Source of the DNA: the human T2T-CHM13v2.0 reference genome, Homo sapiens
NCBI RefSeq assembly: GCF_009914755.1
Contig: NC_060929.1
DNA length: 64,000 bases
Strand: one strand, 5' to 3'
Positions 25,336-38,880 of this stretch are shown in pieces; the stretch's first letter is position 1, and each line of letters starts with the position of its first letter. The position numbers were made by a program, and so were the translations under genes. A model generated the notes under the pieces. The model did no database searches. It saw only the letters and a list, made by a program, of their open reading frames with translations, and was not told where the DNA came from.

Positions 25336-28300
25336 GTACATAAAATGTTAAATACAAGAAACACTACAATATAGCAAGTTTTAGAGTAACTGATGAAGTT
25401 TAAAAAACAGTAACACAATGAAGTGACAACAAAAATAATGCATTCCATGTTGACCTAAAAAGAGCACATGTATATTCTTTGGCTTCACGGTAATATTTTA
25501 ATAGTCGTAATAATGGATCTCAATGGATTTCAAGTATACCCCTATAAACCATCCATAAAACTTAAATATGGCGACCAGAAAGGATAGAAATGTTGTCAAA
25601 ATTGACATTGTAATAGGGAAGCTATGACTTCAAAGCTTACCAAATGGAAATGAAGAAGAGAACTGGACAGGAAGCCAGAATGAGTAACATGCTAAAATTA
25701 CAAGATGACCAAGAAGAGATACTGTTAAAACATTAGAAATAAGAAAAACAAACTTAATTATATTAACTAAAGTTGAAATTTAACTGAGAAAACACAAGAT
25801 ATAGTGACAATGATTAAAAATGTGAAATAGAGGAAAAATGAAAGTATGAGCCACATTCTCACCTTTCAAAGCAGAAAGTCAATAAATAATGAATAAAGTT
25901 GGTTAATAAAAAAAAGTGGTATGTGATCTAATACTTATAGATATGAGGGTAACCCTCCTGACTGCCACAGGATAGATCACATATTATTAGAATTTTGCCT
26001 TTGGGCAAATTGAGGGTTGAAGGGCATTTCCTAATAAAGGTTTCTATTGTATTTTGTCTTTTTCTCATGTATTATTTTGTTTTTTAAAATGCCTAATAGT
26101 TACTCTCTATTTGATTTGGGTATGCTGTAGCCAAATAGATGTGACATTTATGCCACTGTAACTCAAAGAGCATGGATTCCAAAGCAGGAAGGCAGAATAT
26201 TAGTGGCAGTTTCTCCCAATTATAGACATGCCCTGAATTTCTGAATGGACAGTTACAATCATCCTGTGTTAGGAGAGGATTAGAAGTCAATGGTTTACAA
26301 ATGTTTAAGCTCACATTGTAGTTATTTTTGAAATGTAAATTAGTACATTTAATGCTTTCAATGAGTCATTAAACACACATTTATATACTTTTATGAGCTA
26401 AAATGTTACAATCCAAAATATTGCCTAATTCTGACAGACTATTTTTTCCATGTATAACAGACATTGCAAACTGTACCAGATTATTATATTTCTTTCCTAA
26501 GGTCAATAAGAAGGTTAATGCTTAGCCATAGGCAGTTCAAGTAGAATATGTGTAAAATGTCAGTCAAGTAGAATAATTACAGTCCATTATTAACCCAAAT
26601 AACACAAAATAATTACTGATTCTAACCAAGAAAGTTCTATTTTTAACCTATGAATGTCAGGACACAGCCTGGCATTTAGCCTTCAGAAATCAAGTCTTTC
26701 TTTTTCTTTTTTTGATAGAAGTATCATGGGGAAAGCTATTATTTGTCTTTTGCTCTCTAGAGATCACTCTCTTGCAATTTACAGTGATCTACATAATTTT
26801 AAGACCATGAGTCAGAAAAAGGCAATGGAGTATTGTAATAAAAAGATACTTTGGCTTTATCACACTTGTTTGTTGTTCAAAAAAGAAATCTGTGATCAAA
26901 ATGTATTAACGTATTTTACTAAAAATCGTGGCTAGTGTGTTTATAATTCATTAGAAGGATATAAAAATCCTTTTCTCATACAATAATAAAATTGCTATCC
27001 TATTTTGAAACTTAAAGCATAAATTAGCTTTTGAACAAGGAAAGTTGTGTGATACATTAAAAATTCTAAATCTGAAATATCCACACATTCATTTATTGAG
27101 CTCTCACTATCTTTTCTGACATAATGTTAAACAAACTACATGTATGTGGATGTTCTTCAATGTAATTGTGATGATAGCAGTCAGTTTTTGTGATACAGTC
27201 TTCTATAATATTTCTACCACTATATTTTCCCAACTTATAAAGACCATTATAAATTTCTGAGTTATGACTCTACTATGTTAAAATAAAATAAAAATAATGT
27301 ATCTAAGAAAAAATGAGAATCATAGTTCTTATGTATTTTCATGGGTTCATTATACTATTTCAAAATATTTTAACATTTAAGTAATAAAGATAATTCATGA
27401 AGGTTTGTAACTAAAATGAACCACAATTTAAAACTTAAACAACTGGGTGGGTAGTTGTGCTAGTCACCAAAAGAAGATATTCCAAGAATAGATTTGCAGA
27501 AATGGAGAATGATAATTTAAAGCTGAAGATGTCTATATCTAGATACAGATATATTTATATGGTAACTGGAAATATACATAAGTTGAAAATAATTCTTATT
27601 GGAGAAATAGATTCAGGAGTAATAAAAATGTATGAGTAACATCTTTTTCACAAGAGTAGAAAATGTAAACATGATATATGTCATACGGGATGTGTAAGAT
27701 GAGAAACATCACTCCAATACAAGGGAAAGCACAAGTACATGGACAGATGAGAGATTCCAGATATTAGCATTTGGGCCCCCTCTTTCATCATGGGCACAAA
27801 TACCTCTCTCACTTATGGATTTTCCATTAGGTGAGCCATTAACAATGGGTAACATTTTTGTATAATGCACACAGTAATAATAATTCCTCATGTAAAGATG
27901 AATTAAACTATGAAGGAAACTTGTCCATGGGCCATGCCCAAATCTCTGAATGGTTGAGTCAGAGAGAGCATTACACTGTAAATGGTCTCACATTTGGAAT
28001 AGCAACTAAGTTCTACAGGAATTGAAAGTAGAGATGGGGTTGCCTGACTTCAAAGTTTTACCTGGACCCTTAGTGACATGGCATGTCAGGACCGTAGTGC
28101 AGGATGAGACATGAATTGTCCATCAGGAGCTAAATGATGGTATCTCTTTGCTAGTCAGACTTAATGGGAGTCCAAGGTGGTAGGTTTCAATGGTGGGAAG
28201 ATTGAGGTTTCAGTTGACATACTATCAGTAATGGGTACTAGCAGAAAATGGTTTGGGTGCAACCGATAGTCTTTGTTTAGTGTTCTAAATATAATGAAGT

Positions 28301-28751
28301 TCATTTATATCAGAAAAAAGGTACATAAATAACAATAGCAACATGGATGCGTGTATTCATGGACTGAGTCTATAATTGTTTCTTTAGTTATAGAACCTCT
28401 ACAAAACCCATTAGTGGGGTAATAGGGGAAGGTGTTATTGATATCTAAATCCTAGAAAAAGCTATTGAGGTGATTGGTATATAAATTTATTAGTATGTCT
28501 CACTATCAAAATATATCAGTAACAGCTCTTATTAAATGTATTATTTGGTAGGTATAAAATTCACAAAAAATAGTAATAGAGAAAAGTTTCCCATCACCTA
28601 TGAGGAAATACAAGTCTGATTTGCTCCAAAGAATGTCATAAAGAAGATAACCAGTTTTAAAGATACACACTAGCTAAGATACTGCTCTTGGGGGAAAATC
28701 ATGTATCTAATTTATACTTCAACAATCACATATGATGTTTCCTCCTTCTCT

Positions 28752-28871
28752 TGTTAAAGTGCACTGAAATGGAGCCTGGGCCTGAAGAATCCCTGAGCAG
28801 GCAAAGCCAGTTTGTCCTCAAATAAACTCTCTACAATTTTCTTTTTCCTCAGTTTATTTTTTTTTTTAACA
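28752..28871 (+). mobile_element. Internally deleted ERV1-class LTR (MER67-like)
   Basis: TG start 'tgttaaagtgcactgaaatggagcctgggcctgaagaatccctgagcaggcaaagccagtt' joined to an LTR-type end 'ctcaaataaactct...cctcagtttatttt...aaca'. Confidence 0.55.
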
Positions 28872-29019
28872 TTTAAAAAGAGTGAATTTTAGAAAGCATG
28901 TAAATCTCTAAGAAAAAAGGCTTATGAAAGTTTATGTGATCCGTCAGATCAGGGTTTAAGACCCACTTAGATATTTTTACATTGTTAACACAAAATTTCT
29001 GAAACGCTTTTAAAATAAG

Positions 29020-29162
29020 GTATCTATCTATCTTATACATATAAATGTGTCCATATATATGATACATAAATATATATCATACAGTCCATATATACATATA
29101 GTATAGATATATATATATGATATATGTAGTATATATAGCATACATACACACACACACACACA
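29020..29162. repeat. (TA)n-(CA)n compound microsatellite
   Basis: tatata runs ending in a CA tract. Confidence 0.8.
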
Positions 29163-29194
29163 AAGGTCACTCTTTAGGTTCCTTTTAAGGTTCC

Positions 29195-29680
29195 TCTCTC
29201 TTTTTTATTTCTTAGTGAGTCGATCCAGTCTAGTGATTAAAATGCCATCTAGATGATAATCTCTCCCACCACCATTCTAATCTCTTTTCCAAAATACTCT
29301 CCCCATCTCAGCTTTCCCCTATCTCAGTTCATGCTAACTACATCTTTCCAGTAAATCAGACTGAGTATCTTGGAGGCAACCTTTAATCACTTCCCTTTTC
29401 TTATTTCTCACAAACACTAAAATGAATCTTATCAGTCCTTCCTTCAAAATATACACAGAAGCTGACCACTTGTAAATCCAAAGGTACAGATGTAGTTGAA
29501 ATCACCACCATCTCTCACCTGGATGTCAACATCAACTCTCCTTAACTCTGATTGTCAAAATGAATATTTTGGTTTCTACTCTTCACTTTCATCTCCTCTC
29601 CACCCACCTCATTCTCAAAACCACAACAAAAGTGATGCTTTTAAAGTAAGTCAAGCCATGCCAGTCTTCTGCTCAACATG
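29195..29680 (+). mobile_element. L2 LINE fragment
   Basis: 'cccctatctcagttcatgctaactacatctttccagt', 'ccttcaaaatatacacagaagctgaccactt', 'accaccatctctcacctggat'. Confidence 0.65.
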
Positions 29681-29719
29681 GGTAGGGGGAGAAAATAAGA
29701 GCTTAGGTACTAGCTTCAA

Positions 29720-29925
29720 GGTGAGACAATGCTCAAGAAACAGTCCAGCCCCAATGTTCCTGTGGAACCCTTTGCTAAGACTATGGTGCAATTCAACTCC
29801 TTTCTCTGTCCAATCCTACTTCTCCCTTCCTATCCCCAACCCCAAGGAAGTGATCCCAATGGGACATATCAATAAATCTTCTGTAGGTAATTTTTCGTAT
29901 TAGGGGCTGTTTTTCTAGAGAATTG
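29720..29925 (+). mobile_element. LTR16-like (ERVL) LTR 3' fragment
   Basis: 'ctctgtccaatcctacttctcccttcc...tgatcccaatgggacatatcaataaatcttctgtagg'. Confidence 0.5.
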
Positions 29926-31821
29926 TAATTAGAATATATACGGTACAATTTGTATATTTCATATACTCATTATTTATTGTGCAACATCTTTCTTTAAAAA
30001 TCTGTGCCATAAAGGCAGGATGTTACATCCCCAAATATAAGGTACATAGCATATGTTTAATAAATGGGTGCCACTAGATAGTGCTTAAAACATGAGCTGA
30101 ATGGAAGAATGAAAGTACTTGTCAGAAGGATTTTCTTAGATAAAGGATTCAAGTGGTCAACTCAGAATGACATTCATGTGCCATTATTATCTTTTAATGT
30201 ATTTTTTCTATCTTATACCTTTTCTTCCTTTTCCTTTGTACTGAAACCATGATGATCAATAGCATGTTTAAGCAGGTCTCAGAAACCTAAACATTATTTA
30301 GGTCCAAGGAAATTGCATTCTCTTGTGAGAAATTTCAGCATTAGGAGGTTGTGGCTTACAGTTTCTTCATTCTACCAATTGAAGGTCTTTAGCGTCTATT
30401 TTATAGCTATCATCTCCCTTATAGTTTCTGCTGCATTATACCACCTTTGCCATCTACTTCGGGTATATTCTTAGCTTTGACTTGCTCAAAGTTAGGTCCT
30501 TCCTAACCTACCTCTGATCCTGTGGATCTTCTCAGGTATAACATTTACTATGACCACATTGTCTCTCAATTTTTTAGTTACCTAGACCCTTTGGAAAAAT
30601 GTATCCCCATTCTACAAAAGTATGGCTTTTTCAAATGTTATTAATCATTCTATGGACTGACTGCTTTGAGTCAGGTATTTAGCTCAATCCAGTCTTCTGT
30701 GGCCAGATGGAGCAGTCAGGTGATACAAATGTGACTATCTAAGACTGAGGTTAGAGGATGAGAAAAGACAGGCTCCCTTGTAAGAAGCCACAGGTATAGC
30801 AGTTCTGGCAATGGGCTGTGTAATAACACCTCTGTTTGAAAACATCCTCCATTGCAACATCATCATCTATATTTCTGTGAAAGACAACCAACACAGTAAG
30901 TAGTCATTTTTTTTTCCTTATTCTGTTTTCTTTTTACCTGTAACTTAATAAAGTTATGATTTTATTTTACATGTATTACTATTATAAAATATATGAGGGT
31001 ATAATCTTTTTAGACTCATGTAAGATCTATTTCTGACCTATTATCAATTGGAAATATAAAATCCCTTTTGGGATCAGTTCAAGGCTATTGACAGATAAAT
31101 TCAAGCAAAAATATTCTTCGCTTGTGAAATATTCTCATGTTTAAGTTTGGCAGCCGTGCAAACTAAGTTCTAAATTCTCAAAGCCTCAATTCTGAAACAC
31201 CTATTCTTTCAGTTGGATAGTTTTTATTGTGGAGTCAGCTTTTAAGTGTAAGCCAAGTAGAAAGTATGTCTAGAAAGGATGTTTTTTGCCAATAGGCAAG
31301 TGAGATGAGTTCTGCAAAGATGCTTGGAAACTTTCCACAGCAGGAAAGCATATGATATATTTTAGTTGCTCTAAGTATTTGTATTCTGCACTCATGCTCA
31401 GACAGTCAGGCTAAGTGTGCATTTATAAAGTAAGGAAACAAACTAACCCAACAACTGGCTTTCAGGAAACTCTGCTTTATTTTTAGCTACTGTTGTTTCA
31501 GAGATGTAGTTCCTATACTGAAAGTAATGGATAAAGTAAACTTAGAGAACTATGTGTAATCATCCCTTATTGAGTTAGCATAGAGGATTTTTTTGAAGAA
31601 ATTTGAAAATATTGAAGTCAACATTTACATTTTCATTGTTATCACCTGCCTTGAAGCAGAAGGTCCTTTACATTAATAACAGGCATGTATAAGCATCTGG
31701 TTCTAAGATCATTATGAGCAATAGCTACTGCTGTCTGTGGAGAAAGATTTGGCTTTTTGCCAGCATTATATAGGGCTTGCATCCACAGTTTATGTCTAAC
31801 TTTAGGGTCCTTTTGGTTTCC

Positions 31822-32334
<513 letters not shown>

Positions 32335-32467
32335 CAGGGAAAGGGATTGGTTCCAGTTCATTTTGTCTATGTAAATGTGATATTAATTCTAAGAAGTTAT
32401 ATCAAATGATCTTTGTCCTCATTTGATGGAAGCTGAGAAAATAATATTTTCTACCCACAGTTGCTGA

Positions 32468-32813
<346 letters not shown>

Positions 32814-34731
32814 GAGTTCTATATTCTTGAAGAATCTATAAAAGTACCTACAATTAACTTTTTGTTTATTTGTACAAATCTAAGATGTCATCCCTAAGTA
32901 AATATTAAAAAGTCAATCTCATAAATACAAAGGCACAATTTGTCTTGTTAATAGCTCTATTCCCAGTGTTTAGAATTATGTCAATCAGGCAATAAACGCA
33001 ACATAAATATTTGTTCAGCATGCCAATTAAATCATAACTATGAATACATCATTCATTAATCCCTATCATGACAATCAGAGCCATATAAAAATCCCAGGAA
33101 TTCAAAAAAGAAGTAACTGTCAGTTTTGACCTTTGAAAATATTCATATCCTGAATCTTTTTTTCTGTATGAATTTTGAATTTTCCATCGTGAATAATCTA
33201 TGTAACCATTTTGTTATACAATTTAGACAGATTTTGTTGTACTGAAATTATTAATTCATATGATAAATATACATCCTCTTTATTAACTTAATAATTTATT
33301 CACTCATTATTAATTAAAGATATTTAGATTGTTCAATACATTCTTGACACTGTTCCATGCACTGGGGTTACAAAACCCTGAAGAAAGATAGCTATCATGA
33401 AATTTAGCTTCTCTGCTTCATCACAGTTTTAAAATTGCATTTATCACACTGAACTACTTTTTCATAATATGGCTGTCATTTATTTAAGGGTGACATCTTA
33501 GGTCTAAGCAAAGAAGCAAAGAAGTCAACTGCAGTTTCTACTCTACTCTTGTAAGGTGATGGAACTTAACCACTTTTTTTTCTAATTTGTTTCAGCAATT
33601 CTGGGTAAAGAATATTCTTTTATTAGCTTTCTTTAAATAATAAATAAAGACTACTTGGTGTGTATGCTGAGAATGTGGTGTGCTGAAACCACATTTACTT
33701 AAAATGTGTGTGCAATAACTTTTAAGATTCTTAAGCAATATTACTTTTTAAATAATGCATTACCTTTAATTGTTAAAGACCCTTTCACCATTATCAAAAA
33801 AGAAAGCCGTCATTAGGATACATACAATTTCCACCTCTGGCCCACTTTATTGAGAGAATAAAGATGATCTTTTAACAAAACCTTACCTTAATTCATCAAA
33901 AAGCTATTGACCTAGGCGCTAATTTCTCTTGGTCAATTTTTATAACACAGTTGCCTTAGTTATTAGTCAAATGTCAGAGATTTATCTTTCTTTCCTAAAT
34001 GAATGTACACATCGAGTAGTACTCTAGAATTGTATTAGAACTATCTTTAAGCACAAAAAAGGAAGAAACAAATATACAAGTCATCATAGTAGTGTTCACA
34101 CAGTTACTATTTTTAAGACATACCTTAAATGAAATAGGAACTTCTTTACAGCTATTATACCCGACTTTACTATTCAATAAATGATGAATTTCAAAATGAT
34201 TAAGTAGCACAGTTAATTTATTTGGACCACAATGAAAAAAAAGTCCTTACTTTTTGGACACAGGTAAGGGACTCATAATGAAGGGAAAAACTTAATTTCC
34301 TTCTCAGGGAACGTTATTATTGAGCCTTACTTGATATAATTTTGAACTTCAGGCTGCATCTATTGAAGGTAGAGATTAAAATATTTTGCCCTTACTGTAA
34401 CATCATTCTACAGTACTATACTCAAGTTTCCGAGCCTAGCCAAAGAATCATAGTATAAAATCAAACATACCTCAAAAAATTAAATCAAAATACACCTGTG
34501 AAGAATACATTACAAGGCAATGGAAAGTAAATCTTAGAGAAGTAAATAATTGTGATGTGAATTTGTTTGTCTCATTAGCTTTTATAAGGGTACCAACCTT
34601 ATTTGTATAACTGAAAAATATAACATGGCAAACTCCAGTTTACAGTATCATCAACTAATATACCCTAGATGACAGTTGCAGTTCTAATTACTATTAAGCT
34701 GGCCCAGTTGGAACTAGTAAATTTTCAGGAT

Positions 34732-35960
34732 TCTGGTAGAATTCGGCTGTGAATCCGTCTGGTCCTGGGCTTTTTTTGGTTGGTAAGCTATTAATTACTG
34801 CCTCAATTTCAGAACTTGTTATTGGTCTATTCAGGGATTGTTATTGATCTATTCAGGAATTTGACTTCTTCCTGGTTTAGTCTTGGGAGGGTGTATGCGT
34901 CCAGGAATTTATCCATTTCTTCTAGATTTTCCAGTTTATTTGGGTAGAAGTGTTTATAGTATTCTCTGATGGTAGTTTTTATTTCTGTGGGATTGGTGGT
35001 GATATCCCCTTTATCGTTTTTTATTGTGTCTATTTGATTCTTCTCTCTTTTCTTCTTTATTAGTCTGGCTAGCGGTGTGTCTATTTTGTTAATCTTTTTA
35101 AAAAACCAGCTCCTGGATTCATGGATTTTTTGAAGGGTTTTGCGTGTGTCTGCCTCCTTCAGTTCTGCTCTGATCTGTTATTTCTTGTCTTGTGCTATCC
35201 TTTGAATTTGTTTGCCCTTGCCTCTCTAGTTCTTTTAATTGTGATGTTAGGGTATCAATTTTAGATCTTTCCTGCTTTCTCCTGTGGGCATTTAGTGCTA
35301 TAAATTTCCCTCTAAACACTGCTTTAGTTGTCTCAGAGATTCTGTTACATTGTGTCTTTGTTCTCATTGGTTTGACAGTGTGGCAATTCCTCAAGGATCT
35401 AGAACCAGAAATACCATTTGAACCCATAATCTTATTACTGGGCATATACACAAAAGATTATAAATCATTCTACTATAAAGATACATGCACACGTATGTTT
35501 ATTGCAGCACTGTTCACAATAGCAAAGACTTGGAACCAACCAAAATGCCCATCAGTGACTGGATATCCATTAGACTGGATAAAGAGAATGTGACACATAT
35601 ACACCATGGATTACTATGCAGCTATAAAAAAGAATGAGTTTATGTCCTTTGCAGGGACATGGATGTAGCTGGAAACCATCATTTTCAGTAAACTAACATA
35701 GGAACAGAAAACCAAACACCACATGTTCTCATTCATAAGTGGGAGTTGAGCAATGAGAACACATGGACACAGGGAGGGGAACATCACACACTGGGGCTTG
35801 TCGGGGGCTGGGGGGCTAGGGGAGGGATAGCATTAGAAGAAATACCTAATGTAGATGGTGGATTGATGGGTGTAGCAAACCACCATGGCACGTGTATACT
35901 TGTGTAACAAACGTGCACATTCTGCACATATATCCCACAAGTTAAAATATAATAAAAAAA
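34732..35960 (+). mobile_element. LINE-1 (L1PA7-like) with inverted 5' segment and about 2 kb missing at the inversion
   Basis: 34732-35373 is antisense ORF2 interior; 35374-35960 is sense ORF2 end ([13 protein letters not shown]...), 3' UTR and A tail. Confidence 0.93.
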
Positions 35961-36011
35961 ACTTATTAGAACTCATATCATGAACCAAAAAATCACATTT
36001 AAAAGAATATA

Positions 36012-36305
36012 GGCGGAGCGTGGTGACTCATGCCTGTAATCCCAGCACCTTGGGAGGCCGAGGTGGGCAGATCACCTGAGGTCAGGAGTTCGGGACCAGC
36101 CTAGCCAACATGATGAAACCCCGTCTCTACTAAAAATGCAAAAATCAGCCCAGCATGGTAGGGCATGTGTGTATACCAGCTACTCAGGAGGCTGAGGAAG
36201 GAGAATCGCTTGAAGCCAGGAGGCAGAGGTTGCAGTGAGCCAAGATTGCGCCACTGCACTCCAGCCTGGGTGACAAAGCGAGATTCTGTCTCAAAAAAAG
36301 AAAAA
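36012..36305 (+). mobile_element. AluSx-like
   Basis: 'gatcacctgaggtcaggagttcg' to 'ctgtctcaaaaaaag'; TSD aaaagaat(a/g)ta. Confidence 0.95.
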
Positions 36306-37759
36306 AAAAGAATGTAAATAAAGATCAGATTGGTATCTTTAAATAATGATTGTTTAGTTACACAAATCTACTTGTTTGTGCTATAACATTTTTCACACTA
36401 ACTTTGAAATTGAAAAATATTATGAATATGCATGATAAAAATGTGAGCCCCGTGTAGGCAAGCATACATAATTTAGTAGAAGGCAATAGTTTAAAAAATA
36501 TTATAATGTTATATTTGAAATTAAATTGTCCTTTTTAATGCAAATAAAAATACAGTATTCTACTTAAACTTGCATCAAACAGAGAATTACATTCAACTAC
36601 CTGTGCCCAATTCTATATAAGTGAAGGCAACCGAAATATTATTCATCATACTATTTAAAAATATATAATAAATGGCTCTGAAAGAAAACAACAATTTTCT
36701 AGAAAACCTGCTTTTTATATGATTGACACAAATGATATTTTTCCTAAAGGATATTTTGTCCTGATAACATGATGCAAGAAAAAAAAAAGATGCTTCAAAA
36801 TAGAAAGCTGATTTCTATTTGTCAGAGATTCAATACTTAGGAAAGCAATTATTTGGCTATTTTATACACGCAAATAATTCTGAGAAATATACTATATATG
36901 ATCAGTTTGAATTTATTATTTTGTTTCTCATTAAGTTTTATACACTCTGTGAAGGAGAATTACTTCTGAAAATTTTAGAAAAGATTTACCTATATATCTC
37001 CCACAATACCATTTCTCAGGTAGGATAAAAGTAGTCCTATAACGAATCCTTAAATAAAAAACTAGTAAATTTCATAAAAATATTAAGAACTCCACAAAAA
37101 TTATTTAGAAATAAATAATGAAAATAAATACATATAAACACAATTAGAAATGAATATAATTAATTTTATTAAAATCCACAAAGTATAATTCCTTTCAACT
37201 TAAAATTACAGAATATTTACTGAATACACATTGACCAAATTAAGCATTAAAGTAACAATTCCACCTTCCATACACACGTCGTGGCTGTGACTGCTCATTT
37301 ATTTTAATTTTAGATGTATAAATAATTAGATTTAAAGGTAGCCTTCTTAAATGAACTTGTTTGATGTACATGCAGTAAAATATTTGAGTAAATGTTTGCC
37401 AAATATTAGCACACTTTATTAGTGGCAATAGTGGGATTATTTGCCTGTATTACTAAAATTGTTAAAAAGAATATGTATATAAGGTTGTATTTAAAGCCAA
37501 ATAATAAGACTATAGGTAAAAATATTAGCATTCAGTTAAAATAGTGGAATGACTTATCCACATCCATCTTACAAAGTGAAAAATTAACCATAGCATTGCT
37601 TTAATAAGTAATCATCTGGCTGTTAAACAAAGTCTACCTTTGAAAGTGAATGTCCCATTTATTCTTTCCTTTTAGTTTAATATGAACTCCAGAAAAGCAT
37701 CTTAGAGATCATGTCCTGACTTAGCCCTTGAAGTGGTCAGGAATCAACGACAATTATCA

Positions 37760-37968
37760 ACACTTCCATGGCCCTCATTGCATGTCACACACTGTCCTAA
37801 GTGCATTACTGAATGTTCACTGATTTACTGATTTAATCCTCACAATGACACAATGGTGAAGGCATTGTTATTTTCCATATTACACATTTGAAAAACAGGC
37901 CTGGAGGGGCTCAGTAAATACCCTAAAATCATACAACTTGAGAAAAGTAAACTAATCTTTAAGCCCAG
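37760..37968 (-). mobile_element. MIR SINE (interrupted by Alu)
   Basis: 'cacactgtcctaagtgcatt...atttaatcctcacaatgac...ggaggggctcagtaaataccctaaaatcatacaact'. Confidence 0.65.
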
Positions 37969-37969
37969 A

Positions 37970-38011
<42 letters not shown>

Positions 38012-38258
38012 GAGACAGTCTTGCTGTGTTACTCAGGCTGGAGTACAGTGGCAGAATCTTGGCTCACTGCTACCTCTGTCTCCCAGGTTCAATGATTCTC
38101 CTGCCTCAGACTTCTGAGTAACTGGGACTATAGGCATGTGCCATCATGCCTGGGCTACTTGTATTTTTAGCAGACATGGGGTTTCACCATGTTGGCCCGG
38201 ATGGTCTTGAACATCTGACCTCAAGTGATCCACCCACCTCGACCTCCCAAAGTGCTGG
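37970..38258 (-). mobile_element. AluS, 5' end missing, (TTA)n tail
   Basis: (tta)n followed by 'tgagacagtcttgctgtgtt' to 'cctcccaaagtgctgg'. Confidence 0.93.
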
Positions 38259-38817
38259 ATGGAATCAGTTCTCTTTAATTGCTACCCAAAACAAATACAG
38301 CAGCATCCTGAGTGCTGCCTTAGAAAACACTCAAAGCAATAGTACAGTATTCACCTTCATAGATGATGATAACAGATTGCTTCATCAAGGTATTTTATTA
38401 TGCATGATAACCAGCATGAGAACATTTCTCTACTGAACTGTCTTATAAGCTAATGGAGATGGCACTGATTTTTTTCTAGATTAACCAAATGAGCCTTTAC
38501 TGACTTGGGAACAACTGTCAAAAGAGAGAAAGAAGTTTTGCATCGCTCTTCTATTATCTTAAACAATTAGAATACAAAAGGAAATGTTAGACACATCTAC
38601 ACATCAAAAATTATTTTAAATAAATTAAATTTAGGACTGAATGCTTAGGTCAGTCCTTTTCAAGCTATAACATAATAGCTAAGAACATTCCAGAAGGAAA
38701 TGCACAAGCAATAAATGTTCTCAATTTATTGTTGTAAATTATTCTTCATTTAAACCTCATTCTATATTTATATTTATGTAATATAATGTACATTGCATTT
38801 AGTCCAATATGCTTCTT

Positions 38818-38880
38818 TTTTCTTTCTTTTTTTTTTTTTTTTGAGACAGAGTCTTGGTCTGTCACCCAGGCTGGGGTACA
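38818..38880 (-). mobile_element. Ultra-truncated Alu (last ~40 nt plus tail) with perfect TSD
   Basis: T tract plus 'tgagacagagtcttggtctgtcacccaggctggggtaca'; TSD ccaatatgcttctt at 38804-38817 and 38881-38894. Confidence 0.92.

Noticed and set aside
29496-29903. 135-aa ORF
   Set aside because: Spans L2 and LTR16-like repeat remnants and has low-complexity composition.
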